Shown piece by piece: positions 1 through 12,904 of a stretch of DNA of 40,160 nt; positions within the stretch are counted from its first letter, which is position 1, and every line of letters starts with the position of its first letter. The notes under the pieces are model-generated. The model made no database searches, was not told where the DNA came from, and was given only the letters and a program-made list of their open reading frames with translations. The position numbers and the translations under genes were made by a program. The stretch comes from Octopus bimaculoides (Eukaryota). The stretch spans positions 67,612,086-67,652,245 of the forward strand of contig NC_068986.1 in assembly GCF_001194135.2 (NCBI RefSeq). Direction: 5' to 3'.

Positions 1-50
<50 letters not shown>

Positions 51-115
51 AACAACAGTGACTGCAAGACGGTTCCCTGAGGGACAATAATGATATAATA
101 ATAATGTCTGTGTAT

Positions 116-383
116 TTGTTTGCGTGTGTGTGTGTGTGTCTGATTACCTGTCTGTGTGTTTGTATATATGTTTGTTCTCCAACACTGCTTGACAACTGGT
201 TATGTATGTTCACATCCCCATAACCTAGTGGTTTGGCGAAAGAGACTGATAGAATAGGTCCCGGACTTTACAAGATGTATTATGTACTGGAGTCGATTCA
301 TTCAACTAAAATTGTTTAATGCAGTGCCCCAGCATGGCCAAAGTCTAATGGCTGAAGCAAGTGAAGATAAAAGATAAAGGATA
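116..383 (+). mobile_element. SINE family A, 3' half (head missing), with (TG)n tract and AAGAT-repeat tail
   Basis: Alignable by eye to the reverse complement of the full-length copy at 28781-29175 (cttgacaac...gttcacatccccataacctagtgg...gccccagcatggcc...gctgaagcaagtgaagataaaagataa). Confidence 0.8.
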
Positions 384-437
384 ACCCTGATGAGGATTAA
401 TAAGGAAAGAACATGCTCACTGACCCCTTGCTCTCAG

Positions 438-594
438 TTTTATCCTTTATTTGTTTCAATCATTGGACTACGACCATTCTGGGGCACCACAGGGCTTTCT
501 TCAACCCAGGGCTATAGTAGAAGCCATTTGTCTAAGATGCCATGCAATGAGCCTGGAACCGTGGTTGGGAAACCAACTCACTACCACATAAGTA
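438..594 (-). mobile_element. SINE family A, internally deleted copy (tail joined directly to tRNA-like head)
   Basis: 438-490 matches the SINE tail in reverse; 495-594 (ggctatagtagaag...ccatgc...gaacc...accaca) matches the head region seen at 29060-29175. Confidence 0.7.
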
Positions 595-699
595 CCAGAA
601 AATTTCATGACTTTTTCTCAGGATATATTTTCACAAGGAGACTGAATATATATATATTAGATATAGGATATTCTCATAAAAACAGAAATACATGTACAT

Positions 700-1080
700 G
701 TATTATGTGTGTGTGTACATACACACATATATATGTATATATATATATGCGAGTAAAAATAAATACAAAAAAAGGTGGATTTTTTTGTATGATTGTGTAT
801 AGAGGAATATATTATTTTGCTTAAAAGAGTTCCAACACTGTCTGTTTTTTATGTTTTATTTATATTCCTGCAGAACTAATGTGGGGTATAGAATATGGAA
901 TATACAATATATAATATAATATACAATATATAATATAAAATAAAATAAATATATATATATATATATCTGTGTATGTATACGTGCATATATACACACACAT
1001 GCATGTACATGTGCAAATATATATGTGTGTGTATATGCATATATAAATATATATATATGTATATGTATATATATACACAC

Positions 1081-1114
<34 letters not shown>
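700..1114. repeat. (TA)n/(CA)n-rich compound microsatellite running into a gap
   Basis: Direct inspection. Confidence 0.9.
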
Positions 1115-1377
1115 NNNNNNNNNNNNNNNNNNNNNNNNNNNNNNNNNNNNNNNNNNNNNNNNNNNNNNNNNNNNNNNNNNNNNNNNNNNNNNNNNNNNNN
1201 NNNNNNNNNNNNNNNNNNNNNNNNNNNNNNNNNNNNNNNNNNNNNNNNNNNNNNNNNNNNNNNNNNNNNNNNNNNNNNNNNNNNNNNNNNNNNNNNNNNN
1301 NNNNNNNNNNNNNNNNNNNNNNNNNNNNNNNNNNNNNNNNNNNNNNNNNNNNNNNNNNNNNNNNNNNNNNNNNNNNN
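1115..1377. other. Assembly gap (N run)
   Basis: Ns. Confidence 1.
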
Positions 1378-1424
<47 letters not shown>

Positions 1425-1425
1425 A

Positions 1426-1502
<77 letters not shown>
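1378..1502. repeat. (AAC)n(AAT)n compound microsatellite
   Basis: Direct inspection. Confidence 0.98.
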
Positions 1503-1503
<1 letters not shown>

Positions 1504-1790
1504 TCCGAAACGTAAGCTGCAACATCAGTAGAGAATCAAGCAGAAGAAGCAACAAGAGTATCATAATTACTTGGTTTGTTCTCACTTAAGAGCGTTTTGT
1601 GGTCTCTGTTTTCATATTTTAAATAAAATATATTCACTTGATATATTCATTGTTTGACTCGTGGGCATTTAGAATTATAAGACAATTCCAAAAGACACGC
1701 CCAGAATACACTTGAAAGATTGTCACGTACTACACAAAGATTTAGACACATTCCAATTCCATGTAGTGAAATGGCGTATAATTAAACCAC

Positions 1791-2018
<228 letters not shown>

Positions 2019-4013
2019 TGTTCTTATTACTATTGCTGATATTGTTAATACAGTGTTTCCGCCATGGAATCGGTGCTTTTCCTGCATGCCAACAGGGGAA
2101 ATGTGTCTATTGTCTATACTTAAATGTTTCCCAGAAGTATGTAGAAATTTTAGATAGAGACCTATAGAAATGTTTGCAAAATAATATTTTAGAAATTTTT
2201 TTTTATGATGGGAGTAGAAAGTAATGAAAATGCTGTGAGTAAAAACATCATATATTATGGTTGATTCAAGAAATTCATATTTCTACAAACAAATATAATG
2301 TCTTTGTTGTTGGACAAGGAAATAGTTTCTAAAAGTTTTAGCCAGTAGCGTTACATCAGAGATATATTCATGCATAGCAAATGAAAATCATTTTAAAATT
2401 ATGAAGTAAATTTAATTGGTAGCAAGAAATTACCCTTATTCATAAAGATAAATTATATTTGATGTAGAAATTATATTTTTTATATCATTGATGTGCATAA
2501 CGATTGCAAAAGATATATAGTTTATTACAAACATTATAAGACTTAAAGTTATATAGTATATTTTGTTCAAATGTTTTTACTCACACATCAATCCTTTATT
2601 AGGTTACTTATGATATTATTTTCTTCATGGTGGAATTTTTCGATCAATGATACTTCTGTTTAACTGCTAGTCAGGTCTAATTATGTATATTTGTGATATA
2701 TTGCACGCTAACCCAGACCATCCCATATTTTCATGTGCTTAGATCTACCTTGTTCAACAGCAGTGTGATACGTGTGTTTTGTGGCTACTACTTGTGGCAG
2801 ATTATTTCCCCTATAGCAAAATGGGTCTTATTGATTCAATATCTGTGTTTTCCTTCAGCTGCAAATATTCTGTGTCACCACCTTCCAAGGTTAGGAATCC
2901 TCGTTTAATTCATTAAAACGAATTGGATATTTGCCACAAGTTGGTTCGCGTGTCATCAAATTGCTTTGGTGACAATTAAAACCCGTTTGTTGTGAGAATA
3001 TCGTCGGTTGTCTTCAGTTTTATCGAGACTAAGTGATCAAGACTATCCTTTTGAGAGTTTCCCGTTGTCTAAGAATACATATAACTACTAAAATATATTA
3101 CTGCACCGCTCATTCACATCATTTCCTACGCATTTCTTGTAATATAAGAAAAATAAAGACGAAGACATGGTCACTAATAAAATCGCAGTATTTTATTCCT
3201 TCTATTGTTATTCACATGAGATTTTAGCGGTGATACTACGTTCTCTCAGTGAATCACAAACATTTGAATAAAGGTGAGTCTATTGTAGATCAATCCTTTT
3301 AAGTTCGAAATTCCAGAAGGCTACATGTACTACTATATCGCCATTACATTTTGAAACATTGTAGCTGTCAATCATTACCGGTAAATACTGGTTAAAATGT
3401 GAAGTAAATAACTATTGATTTAATAACATAAATAAAATCAATGCAATCATAATCAAATTAATGTGTAATTCTGCTTGGCATCAAAATCACACCCTGCTTC
3501 ATTCCACGTTAAAATATTCTTACAAGTGAGCTATTCTCGTTATCTTAAATTGACCATTTTGCATAAATTCAATGAATCTGTGAGACGGACAATTTAATAA
3601 GTCTATTCAAATTTAAATTTGAGTGACGACTTTAATATAGGCTTCTTTTCGTTTTCTTCTTATAGCTTGCTTCATTTTCCCTTGTTTAAGTTTTATGGTT
3701 TCCTTTCTTGGGATACAGGAATTCAATTTAGAAATATAACTCATATTTTTAGTTTTGAACTGATTCCCTTCCTTTTTATTTGTACTTAATTATTTCGAAT
3801 TTCTTTACAAATTTTGTAAGGTTATCAGTCTGAAATAAATTATCTTAATTTGCCTGATATAAAATGAAACGATGCTGATATTTGAATATACAGAATTAGA
3901 AAGGCGTGAACAACATGACAATGAAGAAAACCATTGAACATTAGAGATATTTAAGTGTAGTGAACCAAGTGGATAGAATTTTATGCAATGATCGTATTTC
4001 TCGCTGAGTTTAT

Positions 4014-4063
<50 letters not shown>

Positions 4064-4090
4064 ATTGATAAGTCATTTAGATTTCAAATT

Positions 4091-4295
4091 TAGGCACATG
4101 GCCAGTAAATTTGGAGGAGGGTGCAAGTCGATTACATCGACCCCAGTGCTCAACTGATACATATTTTTTCGAGACCCCGAAACGATGAATGGCAAAGCCG
4201 ACCTTGACAGATTTGAACATATAACGTAAAGATGAGCAAAATTCCGCTAACCATTTTTCCTGGTGTACAAGCGATTCTGCCAAGTTTTCCGCCTT
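4091..4295 (-). mobile_element. tRNA-derived SINE family B, copy 1
   Basis: Minus strand starts aaggcggaaaacttggcagaatcg (A-box-like TGGCAGAATCG) and has a B-box-like GTTCAAATC; the body contains the gtcgat...atcgac motif shared with 4323-4528 and 9670-9759. Confidence 0.8.
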
Positions 4296-4322
4296 TCATT
4301 TATAAGTAATATTGATTTCGAA

Positions 4323-4528
4323 TTTTGGCACAAGGCCAACAATTTCGGTTGTGGTAGAGGATATCGATTATATCGACCCCAGGGTTCAAGTGGTACTTAT
4401 TCCTTAGACCCAGAAAGAACGAAAAGCAAAGTCGACCTCGGCGGAATTTGAAGTTAGAACGTAACGACAGAGGAATGCTGGTAATCACTTTACCCGGCAT
4501 GCTGAAGATTACGACAGCTCGACGTCTT
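4323..4528 (-). mobile_element. tRNA-derived SINE family B, copy 2 (tandem with copy 1)
   Basis: Collinear similarity to 4091-4295 (ggcacaaggcc...atcgacccc...ggtacttatt...aaagtcgacctcggcggaatttgaa). Confidence 0.8.
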
Positions 4529-6874
4529 TCATTGATAATATCAAAATGAATTTACTTCGACAATCATATCCACAGATTATGAAATGTATAATTTCCAGAA
4601 ATATGGTACATGTAAATCTAGATATCAGGTCTATATTAATACCACAATACTTAATAACGGTAAACATTGATTTGTCATAATATAGTGTGAAGGAATATTT
4701 AACAAAAATTCAAAATGAAAATGCAGTGCGTATGGTAATGAAGTATCTCTTAGATCTTGCAATGAAGTTCAGGACACTATGTATTAAACACTGCAACAAT
4801 AAGTATGAATGCCTGTGTACGCATGTAAGTGTGTACGTCGTTCACAGAGCTTTATAAACAATATTCTCATCATGGCAGAAATTTAGTTTCTTCGCAAAGT
4901 TGTAATTATATTGAGAAGAGGTGAAGTCCAGTAAATGCTGATATAAAATGGCTATTATAGATGTTGTTTAAAGTTGCAAATTCGCCACGAGGAATGCAAC
5001 ATTGTTTCTTAAGATAAAGGATGTAGTTTATTGTTGCATGCTATAATTAACTGGACTGCATTCTTTCTGTTATGATATTTGGATTTTCTTTTCTATATTT
5101 TTTGTCGTTTCCTTTTGATTCTCGGAAAACGTTACATACACCATTTATAATTTGATCACAACTATACGGGCGTTGTGTTTTCACAATAACTGTGTGCTAG
5201 TACGTATTTTCCATGTGGAACAGAGAGGACTTAATGTTATTACTCGATTCTACGAGAGAAACTGAAACTAAAAATACAATATTGTGGAGGTGTGCTCGAT
5301 ATTACAGCTGTTGTCATTCTAAGGAAACTGGTTTGGGAAAAAATATAATACAGCAGGTACAGAAAAAGTGAATTGTGATAATTGAAACAAGATGTCTTAT
5401 TTTAGATACTGACGTTTACTCCTCAATGTTTAGAAAAAGGATTAGAAATGGAATTCTCATTTAAATATCTCTGAAGGATACACAAGTTCTGTTGATAATT
5501 ATTTCAATTTGTGCATCTAACCACGATTAATAGCGATAGCTGGAAATGCAATATGGTGTAGTTGAAAAGAATGAATAATTTGAAAATCTTTAGATATGGA
5601 TATCACTACTCCCACCAGCGGGTATTTGCGAATAGCAAAGAGATATGTGCAAACTCACAAGAATGTACTATGCGCCATATTGTTACTTATTTTCGTATAC
5701 TTTTAACAATAGTAAGCACGAATGATTAGATTGGAAGGGTGGCTGATTAAAAGCAAAAAATACTCTCATTAGTTTTGCTTCATCTTCTCTCATTTACAAT
5801 TCAAGTCCTATTTATATTCTCCTATGATAATTAAAATGCCAGTAATATTTTTGGATCAATAAAATCGAATACATTCAATCACTTTAATACATTGAATCTA
5901 AACAAGAAATATCATAATTATTCTCTCTTTCAATGTATATCATGTACCACATTATAAAAGAAGTACAAATTAACCCTTTTGTATTTTGAAACAAGTTTTC
6001 ACCTATTTCGTTCACTACATTGATAAAAATGTTAAACATTTTTTTTTAAGTAGAAGCTTTGAGAAATAAATGGAAAATAAAGAAACATCGTATTGTTTCC
6101 TCTATACCATTGGTTACATACAAACAATCAAGAATGGTTAGGGAAAGTTCTATTATTTTAAAATCTTTTCCTTTAATTTTTTTTCACCGAAGGGCATTCC
6201 TACACAGATACATTGTTAAGTGTTGTATACACTCACAATAGTATAATATTTACGAAATAATCTTTCGCTTCACAGCTAATTGAGTATATATATAATAGAA
6301 AACATTATTTTCTTTGTTTGGACCATTTATTTACTTCCTGCAAGTCAGTATTTTATTTCTTCTTTTTCGCTGGTATCCTTATATTTTTCTATTCCATGAA
6401 TGAATACAACTCGTTAGGAAATTGGTACGTTCAGCCTTGTTTGAACTTCATCGGCTGAGAAAGATGTGTGATAGTCACGTGGTCTTATTGGAAACGCATC
6501 AATCATTACTAAATGCCAATACTTACTATTTAAATCAATTCTACATATATTTACTTTTGATCATTTTAACCATCTCCGTTCCTTACAGAAACCGCATTGA
6601 AAATATTTAACTTGCTGAAATTTCTATAAATTTCAAAATTGATATATGTAGTGGTGATGATAGCATAAACCTTTATTTTTCAAGATGGGCTTTTCACGAA
6701 ACACTTTCTAGGTAGCTTACAAATGATAAAACTACTCTGATTTTGAATGAACTACTTATATTTTTATATAATGAAATCCCGACGTTATTCGAGCTCTAAC
6801 AAATGTTAATTACTATCATATAATGGTAGGTGAAGGAGTTTCGATTCCTAATTTAGACAGTTCACTTCACTTAC

Positions 6875-6891
6875 CGTGCATGCCTCCAATT
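6875..6891 (-). other. Candidate 17-nt micro-exon (unassigned)
   Basis: Minus strand reads cttttctttttctttgagttatttcgtctctacag|AATTGGAGGCATGCACG|gtaagtg: a long polypyrimidine tract, YAG acceptor and perfect GTAAGT donor. Confidence 0.35.
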
Positions 6892-7442
6892 CTGTAGAGA
6901 CGAAATAACTCAAAGAAAAAGAAAAGTATGTAAAGTTGAATTATTTTTCCTGCAAATTTTTCCATTTTCATCAAATGAAGTGTCCTGGCTCCGAATGATT
7001 CGAGTCACTGAAAATAGCAATGACCTAATTTTCCCTGTAGATGGCAAGATTTTGACCGAGTCGAAAGGACGTAAAACCACTATTATATGAACCCAAGTCT
7101 CTTGTGACTAGGTTAAGAGGCGAAAGAAATTAAAGCATTATATCATTTTAACTTCCTTTATTTTCGTAATCTGCCGGCATTGCTAAACAAAACGTTTGCA
7201 TATGTACCTAGACATTCACAGTGTGTATGCGTGTAGTTATCTAGCAACTTAGCTACAGAGATAGATAAAGCACACAAAAATAATACCAGAAGAAATATTA
7301 GAAGATGACTCAGAGATAAACAAAATGTAAATCGTTCATTAGAAGAGGAGAAATATGAAAATAAACAACAATCGAAGAAATTGTACAATGAATGTATATA
7401 CGCTAATAAAAAAGAAATAGCGTAAGATGTAACGGCTTGGAT

Positions 7443-7545
7443 TATATATATCAGTATATATATGTATGTATATGTGTGCGTGTGCGTGTGCGTGTGTGTG
7501 TGTATGTGTGTGTGTGTGTCTGTCTGTCTGTGTGTGTGTGTGTGT
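7443..7545. repeat. (TA)/(TG)/(TCTG) microsatellite
   Basis: Direct inspection. Confidence 0.9.
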
Positions 7546-8053
7546 TTTGCGACGGAACGGCGTCTCGTCCAGGTGGGGAATATATACGTCATTGAAACCG
7601 GGGAACCGGCTCTTATGAGCACTACATGGCTCGAGAAAGAAATACTTATTATTTATGTATATACAGTAACGAAGTAGAAACAACGCTAGTGTTGTTAAAC
7701 ATTATCCACCGCACACGCTCAATGTACAGTATATACTGCTTTCATTCGCCAATTCGTTGCTCTGAAACGCTTGAAGGACGACTTCCACATGGCACTGGCT
7801 GTTAACAAACCTGAATGTCATAGACAGGCGATAGAACTCGCACCATTTGCTTTGGGTATATGATTTTGATAAAACACAAATTTGGCGCGAAATATTGGTA
7901 TCCATCACTCCTGAATGTGATCTGGGGCGAGTGAATTTGCCTCTCTTTTGTTTTAATACACCGTGTTTTAACACGCAGAGCAATTAAGACATCGCCTTTC
8001 AGGCGCTTCAGATCAACCGATCGGCGAGGAAACATGTATATGCACACACACGC

Positions 8054-8095
<42 letters not shown>

Positions 8096-8235
8096 NNNNN
8101 NNNNNNNNNNNNNNNNNNNNNNNNNNNNNNNNNNNNNNNNNNNNNNNNNNNNNNNNNNNNNNNNNNNNNNNNNNNNNNNNNNNNNNNNNNNNNNNNNNNN
8201 NNNNNNNNNNNNNNNNNNNNNNNNNNNNNNNNNNN
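8096..8235. other. Assembly gap flanked by (CA)n and (TA)n
   Basis: Ns. Confidence 1.
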
Positions 8236-9183
8236 ATATATATATATATATATATACATACATTTCACCTTCATAACTCCTCATTACATAATAGATTCTC
8301 TGATGTTATTTATTCTTGTAAACACAAGTACTACTTATCTTTCGCGCACTTCGCTGAATCTATGTAATTCCATAATAAGTTTCCATACCCCCCCCCACCA
8401 AAAAACCTTAAACCAAGACATAGTCATCGTTAGAACCTACTACTTAAAAAATACTACCCCCACGCCTTACGCCTTTACTCTCTCTCATACACACATCACA
8501 AGTTTCTTCCAAATTATTCACATCAACTACTTCACACTTCCCTCTTAGCCTCCCCGCCTTTTCAGTCACAAAATGTTCTTAACAATACCCCACTCATTTG
8601 AAAACTAACCAATCTACCCCTACTCACACCTCACTATTCAATTCCATACTTATCTATTGACCAACACCCCACCCATCCCCTCTAATACCAACCCAGTTCA
8701 TTTCTCGCACTAAAAACTACTTTTCATCACCTTGTCATTCTCCAGCTTCTGAACCAGTCAACTCATTTCCCTTAACTAATAGCCATCCCCGTTTGCCTAT
8801 CTCAACCTTTAACTCTATAGACTTCACACAAATTAACACAAAGGTCATCTTTCATATACTACCTAAACCACCCTTCCCACTTCCTCCCACTTTTCACCTC
8901 TACTATTATTACTAGCCTTCTGGGAAGAGTTTTACATTTGAGCTGTTTACAAAATGGAGATTAAAGGTAGAATGATTTTGTAGAGAACTAATTGTATCAG
9001 AAACAGAAGTTGGAGGTTTTAGATAGAGAGTAGTGGGAGGAGAAAATAGATTTGGGGGTTAGGGTTAAAAAAAGGACGTTTTTTTTTTAATGTATGCATA
9101 TGTACATTTTATGTATTAAATGTATTTAATATTTTTTTGTATATCGATTTACCTAACTTGCTTATCCTTATATTTTTCCATAT

Positions 9184-9245
<62 letters not shown>

Positions 9246-9370
9246 CTTGTTTTAAATCTCCGAGCGAGAGATATATAGTAGAAGTAACGAATAGTAAAGT
9301 TTATCTGCCAACATAATATGGCAGTCCTACACAGGTACGATATTACTGTTAGTTAGCCCCAGCAATGGTA

Positions 9371-9500
9371 ATGCAAGGGAGGTCATCGCTCCCATCTCTA
9401 GCCTTACGTGATACTCACAGACCTAGGTTTCTGGGTAGTTTCCCATTCTCAGTATGAGACAATCACCGACTAGAGATGGGAGCAATGACCAGCGTTGCAT
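9371..9500. mobile_element. Short MITE-like element with 21-bp inverted arms
   Basis: ggtcatcgctcccatctctag (9381-9401) vs ctagagatgggagcaatgacc (9470-9490) is 20/21 complementary; the outer atgcaa/ttgcat pair extends the stem. Confidence 0.7.
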
Positions 9501-9543
9501 ATACTATACGGGTACTTTACCATATATATATATGTATATATAT

Positions 9544-9545
9544 AG

Positions 9546-9593
<48 letters not shown>
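9544..9593. repeat. (GATA)n microsatellite
   Basis: Direct inspection. Confidence 0.95.
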
Positions 9594-9594
<1 letters not shown>

Positions 9595-9669
9595 TTTGAA
9601 CGTTGATAAATGCATATGTATATTTATTTGTATATTGCGGACATGGGGTTAAACATGAAGGGAAAACAC

Positions 9670-9759
9670 AATAACAGGCAAAGGGATTAAGTCGATTACA
9701 TGGACGCCAGTGCATGACTGGTACTTATTTAATCGACTCCGAAAGAATGGAAGGCAAAG
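9670..9759 (-). mobile_element. SINE family B fragment truncated by gap
   Basis: aagtcgattacatggacgccagt...ggtacttatttaatcgactccgaaagaatggaaggcaaag matches 4126-4198. Confidence 0.75.
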
Positions 9760-10517
9760 NNNNNNNNNNNNNNNNNNNNNNNNNNNNNNNNNNNNNNNNN
9801 NNNNNNNNNNNNNNNNNNNNNNNNNNNNNNNNNNNNNNNNNNNNNNNNNNNNNNNNNNNNNNNNNNNNNNNNNNNNNNNNNNNNNNNNNNNNNNNNNNNN
9901 NNNNNNNNNNNNNNNNNNNNNNNNNNNNNNNNNNNNNNNNNNNNNNNNNNNNNNNNNNNNNNNNNNNNNNNNNNNNNNNNNNNNNNNNNNNNNNNNNNNN
10001 NNNNNNNNNNNNNNNNNNNNNNNNNNNNNNNNNNNNNNNNNNNNNNNNNNNNNNNNNNNNNNNNNNNNNNNNNNNNNNNNNNNNNNNNNNNNNNNNNNNN
10101 NNNNNNNNNNNNNNNNNNNNNNNNNNNNNNNNNNNNNNNNNNNNNNNNNNNNNNNNNNNNNNNNNNNNNNNNNNNNNNNNNNNNNNNNNNNNNNNNNNNN
10201 NNNNNNNNNNNNNNNNNNNNNNNNNNNNNNNNNNNNNNNNNNNNNNNNNNNNNNNNNNNNNNNNNNNNNNNNNNNNNNNNNNNNNNNNNNNNNNNNNNNN
10301 NNNNNNNNNNNNNNNNNNNNNNNNNNNNNNNNNNNNNNNNNNNNNNNNNNNNNNNNNNNNNNNNNNNNNNNNNNNNNNNNNNNNNNNNNNNNNNNNNNNN
10401 NNNNNNNNNNNNNNNNNNNNNNNNNNNNNNNNNNNNNNNNNNNNNNNNNNNNNNNNNNNNNNNNNNNNNNNNNNNNNNNNNNNNNNNNNNNNNNNNNNNN
10501 NNNNNNNNNNNNNNNNN
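9760..10517. other. Assembly gap (N run)
   Basis: Ns. Confidence 1.
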
Positions 10518-10556
<39 letters not shown>

Positions 10557-11570
10557 GCACGCGTGTATGGGCGCGTGTGTGGGTCGTTTCCATATTTATT
10601 TTGCAAGATTCTGGATGCGAAATCGTATTTTGAACAGCTGCTGTATCTTGGTAGCCAGTGAAGTATTTGATTGCCCCAGAAACGTTTGATATATCAGCCA
10701 ATAAATTTGCTTGTTTGTTAGATGTCTTTCTTTACCATTCGCAATGTCTTCAGTGACTTGGCCTCATTACTCCAGGTCTGTCAAAACGCTTTGAAACAAA
10801 ATATAGTATTTTTTGTCAGTAATTATAGCAGCTTTGATTATCTGTGTATGTGTGCATGTCTCGTTCCTGTTTTGCGATCATCCATTTGTTGTTATTTACA
10901 TAATCAGTGTTTATATGCATAAATATCCTGCATTTCTGCCTGTGTCCAAGTATATGTCGCTGTTAAACTGTAAACGTTTATACGAGGGAGTATATGCGCT
11001 CTATTGTGTGTGCACGCATGTTGTGTGTGCACGCACGTTGTGTGTGTGTTCAAACCAGCGTACGTGTGACAGTATGCTGGTTATTCCTATATATTAGCAT
11101 TCATATCTGAGTACAAAGGCAGCGGTTCTCTTTCAGGTTTTATTATTTTTTTTGTCTCTGAAAATACATATATACAAATCCTCTCTCATACACACTCATG
11201 TAATCACTCACCCATGCCTATGTTCACCTATCCATAGTCATAACATAAATGCATACACACGCACTCACACACATATGTACACACATACGTACATACATAC
11301 ATACATACATATACACACACAACCATATGTATCCATATGTTATTCATTTATATAATTATATATATATCTACATATACTTACACACGCATGCCCACACTAA
11401 AACCTACGCACATGCACACACATACACAGGTATACATAAGAGCATCGGCGATATTACGAAGTTTGAGCAAATAGTATTATTAATATGTTTCTCTACAAAT
11501 GGTGTACTCTTATTGGTTGATGTTACAGTCTTTTACAATTTCATATTTTATAGATATAATATCAAATATA

Positions 11571-11613
<43 letters not shown>

Positions 11614-11929
11614 GCGTACATATGTTTACATGGTTTATTTATTTACATATATATGTTACATGAGTGTACTTTCTGTTCATGTCTTTTTGTACGTGTTGAA
11701 ATGAAATCATTTAATAAAACATATTTACTGAAAATGACGTACTTTTGAAAGTAATGCTCTAATTAATAATTGCCTCGGGCTGTTGCTTCTATCGTATTAT
11801 ATCATGAAGAACTTGTGTTTATAAATATTTTGTGAATATTATGAAAGAATTCGAATAAAACGTCGTCCATATTTCTGTTCATCACGATTGTTATATATAA
11901 TTATTTTGTTCCTTATTATCATGATGATA

Positions 11930-11983
11930 ACTTTGATGATCATTGTTTCTATGATCTTCATCGCTACTATGAACGTCATCATC

Positions 11984-12035
<52 letters not shown>

Positions 12036-12330
12036 CCATCAACATCATCATCATCATCACCATCAACATCATCATCATCATCAGCATCATCATCATCATC
12101 ATCATCATCATGACCATCATCATCATTATCATCATCATCATGACCATGATTATTACCATCACCATCATTGTCATCATTATTACCATCGTTGTCGTTATCA
12201 TCATCCTCATCCCAACAGAAGTTTTATTTGCCAGCTATGTGACCAGCACCATTGTCATAAGGGTAACCAGTCACATGATGACCGTTATCATCATACACTC
12301 CCACTGCCATCATCACACTTACCGTCCTCG
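11930..12330. repeat. (CAT)n microsatellite with degenerate flanks
   Basis: Direct inspection; it explains the poly-M/poly-I ORFs. Confidence 0.95.
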
Positions 12331-12904
12331 CCATTATTAACCAAAATAAATAAACAAACAAACAAAGAATTCAATACGTTGAAGTTTGACCTACTTGAAT
12401 TAACAAGCAAATTTCCACAAGTTTTCTTCATGCAGTTATTAAAATTGATGATGCAATGAATAACCGATTGTTATTATATAACACCCACCACCAGACGGGA
12501 TATTAGCACATCGAATGCTGGTTAAACTATGATACGTCGACACACAAAAATGCTCTAAAGAAATTTTCAATTCAGCATCCCTCACTGAAGAAATTAAGTG
12601 AAATGTTTACCAGTATTTCTCAGCAATCATATCAAAACAAATTTAAATATACTGCACCGAAACAATTTCCGACCCAAAAATACATACCCTTCGAACTAAA
12701 CATTGTTATCGCAAACGATATTTATGACGATATAATACAGGCAACCAAAATGATACTATAAGGAAAATCACTGTAAATCATAATCACACACGGGTGTGTC
12801 TAGCGTCACACCAATCTTTATCGTATACAAAAGTCTTGCATCCATAGCATAGAAAACACTTGACGTCAAACAGGGCTGTGTAACGCACTGCAAATGTAGT
12901 CTTT

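Noticed and set aside
386-415. ctgatgag...gaaa hammerhead-like core; also ccgaaacg at 1505 and gagtcgaaaggacg at 7058
   Set aside because: Stem II cannot close (G-G instead of G-C) at 386; the other sites lack CUGANGA, or it would fall in a gap.
2861-2897. Possible + strand exon LQIFCVTTFQ(G) with a phase-1 end that could join the receptor exon
   Set aside because: Weak donor (gttagg), an in-frame stop upstream with no Met, 22 kb away, and no independent support.
10736-10777. Minus-strand 42-nt AG/GT-bounded segment (TWSNEAKSLKTLRM)
   Set aside because: Mediocre splice signals, phase incompatible with the 87-nt candidate exon, and no homology.
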